A stretch of DNA of 38,781 nucleotides from Dicyema japonicum (lineage: Eukaryota; Animalia; Dicyemida). The stretch lies in assembly GCA_011109175.1 (NCBI GenBank), contig RDEW01000138.1, positions 3,269 through 42,049 of the forward strand, written 5' to 3'. The notes below the pieces were generated by a model that was not told the origin of the DNA, ran no database searches, and was given only the letters and a program-made list of their open reading frames with translations. Positions 37,550 through 38,781 of this stretch are shown in pieces (the stretch's first letter is position 1; every line of letters starts with the position of its first letter). The translations under genes were made by a program, and so were the position numbers.

Positions 37550-38632
37550 AATTATTAAATTTTTTTTACATTAGTATTGTTTAATAAATCTTATATAAAA
37601 TAAATAAATTTAAATGAATTGTGATCTTGTTGACCATCTTTTTTATTTCCATGAAAGTGAAGGTATACTTCAATCCAAAGTTAAATTCTAGACCTAAACG
37701 CAATTATAATCGACTATACCACATTTTCACCAACCTGATGAAAACCATTAAGATAACAAGGACTCAATAAGACATCCTTTTTTAACACAGCTTTCTAATA
37801 GTTCCAAACTGAGTGATCTCATAGTTATGTGTATCAATAATCTAATTACGGAAACCTATCAAATTCGAAATATTCTTCTTTACTTGACAATACAATAACA
37901 CATAGATTTAGTTCCACGTGCTTATTTTGTTAAGTGCGTAAATTGGAGGCCATTTGTCGTTCTGCTGAGTTTCTTCATTTAGAAAAGCGGATTTATTTTA
38001 CCTAAAGTAATGTTTTTGTAATTCTTAGCTATTTCCACCGTTTTATATCAAATTTACCGCACTATGAATAACTTCGACCTCAATGAGTGCTTCTATGACT
38101 CTTTTGAATGCAAGAATGTCAAACTAGAGAAGTTTTGCATAAAATCGTCAAGAACTTCACTTTAGCCCCAAAGAAACAGTTGCATTCAAAACTTTCTTGG
38201 ATCTATCAAATTCTGTTTACAGTTTTGCACTCAATGATTTCTCTGCCCAACGGATTTTTGGAACTTACTACGGATTTAATTTTTGCCAGTAGCTTTCTAG
38301 ATAAACTAATTGTCGGCAAAATGAACGATTCCCAATCATTTTCGGTGAAAGTTCTGTCATTAAACCAGCATATTCGAGTTTTTTTAATTTTTTTATTTAA
38401 GATCGAGTCTCATTCACTAATTGGATGAGCTCTTCTAAAATATTTGAACGACAGACCTCTTCCAAGGATCAGTGCAATCCTCAGATTTCGATTTAACAAC
38501 TTTGAAACAGATGAACGCATTTCGTTTGGTTCAATTGCTGTCATTTTCTAAGAAATGACTCAATGAAGCTTATCAGTAGCTTTTGGACCCCGAGTATGAT
38601 ACCAGCACGTGGTTTGAATGTCTTTAAATGTC
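37550..38632 (-). mobile_element. Decayed CR1/L2-like LINE 3' fragment, copy 2
   Basis: LISFIESFLRK*QQ (WI.SFL..R.Q motif) and further degenerate RT motifs. Ends in an A/T-rich tail shared with 28490-29440. Confidence 0.5.
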
Positions 38633-38781
38633 TACGTGTAAATTATGATGTGATGCGAGTTGAGACTGTCGGACTACTTTGACATACAACAAGACCAAGG
38701 TGGGTAATACTATTTGTTGTACTTCTTTTCAAGGAAATGACGGATAATTAATTGTTCTCAATTTTGGGGGTTCATTGAGAG

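Noticed and set aside
1-38781. Alternative genetic code (TAA/TAG=Gln or TGA=Trp) to rescue broken frames
   Set aside because: The stops are accompanied by frameshifts and differ between paralogous copies. The intact genes need no recoding.
1-38781. CRISPR array, rRNA or tRNA genes
   Set aside because: No repeat-spacer periodicity, conserved rRNA motifs or cloverleaf with box A/B was recognised.

Overview
AT-rich eukaryotic scaffold window with one N gap (1766-2061) and single Ns at 13927, 17982 and 25835. It is mostly decayed transposons: a pogo/Tigger relic, Buster/ZBED5-type hAT elements, several APE-type LINE relics (RTE-like, Jockey-like, CR1/L2-like), RLE-type non-LTR fragments and a 228-bp MITE-like foldback. 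The left 24 kb is a tandem segmental triplication (core units about 4268-8695, 9068-15360 and 17983-24158). Each unit carries one intact gene that the ORF track misses because three tiny GT-AG introns (24, 25, 25 nt) split it: 5750-6594, 12311-13152 and 21385-22223, all on the minus strand. Splicing gives 256/255/254-aa type I membrane proteins with a short signal peptide, an ectodomain resembling a single divergent LAMP domain, a Thr/Ser/Lys-rich linker, an invariant TM helix and a basic Tyr-containing tail. The copies differ by clustered amino-acid changes in the ectodomain and look mosaic. The host is not identifiable from sequence alone; a reduced parasite with micro-introns (myxozoan- or microsporidian-like) is an inference. 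No rRNA, tRNA or CRISPR array was recognised. TE relic boundaries are approximate and were assigned by manual motif recognition, not by database search.
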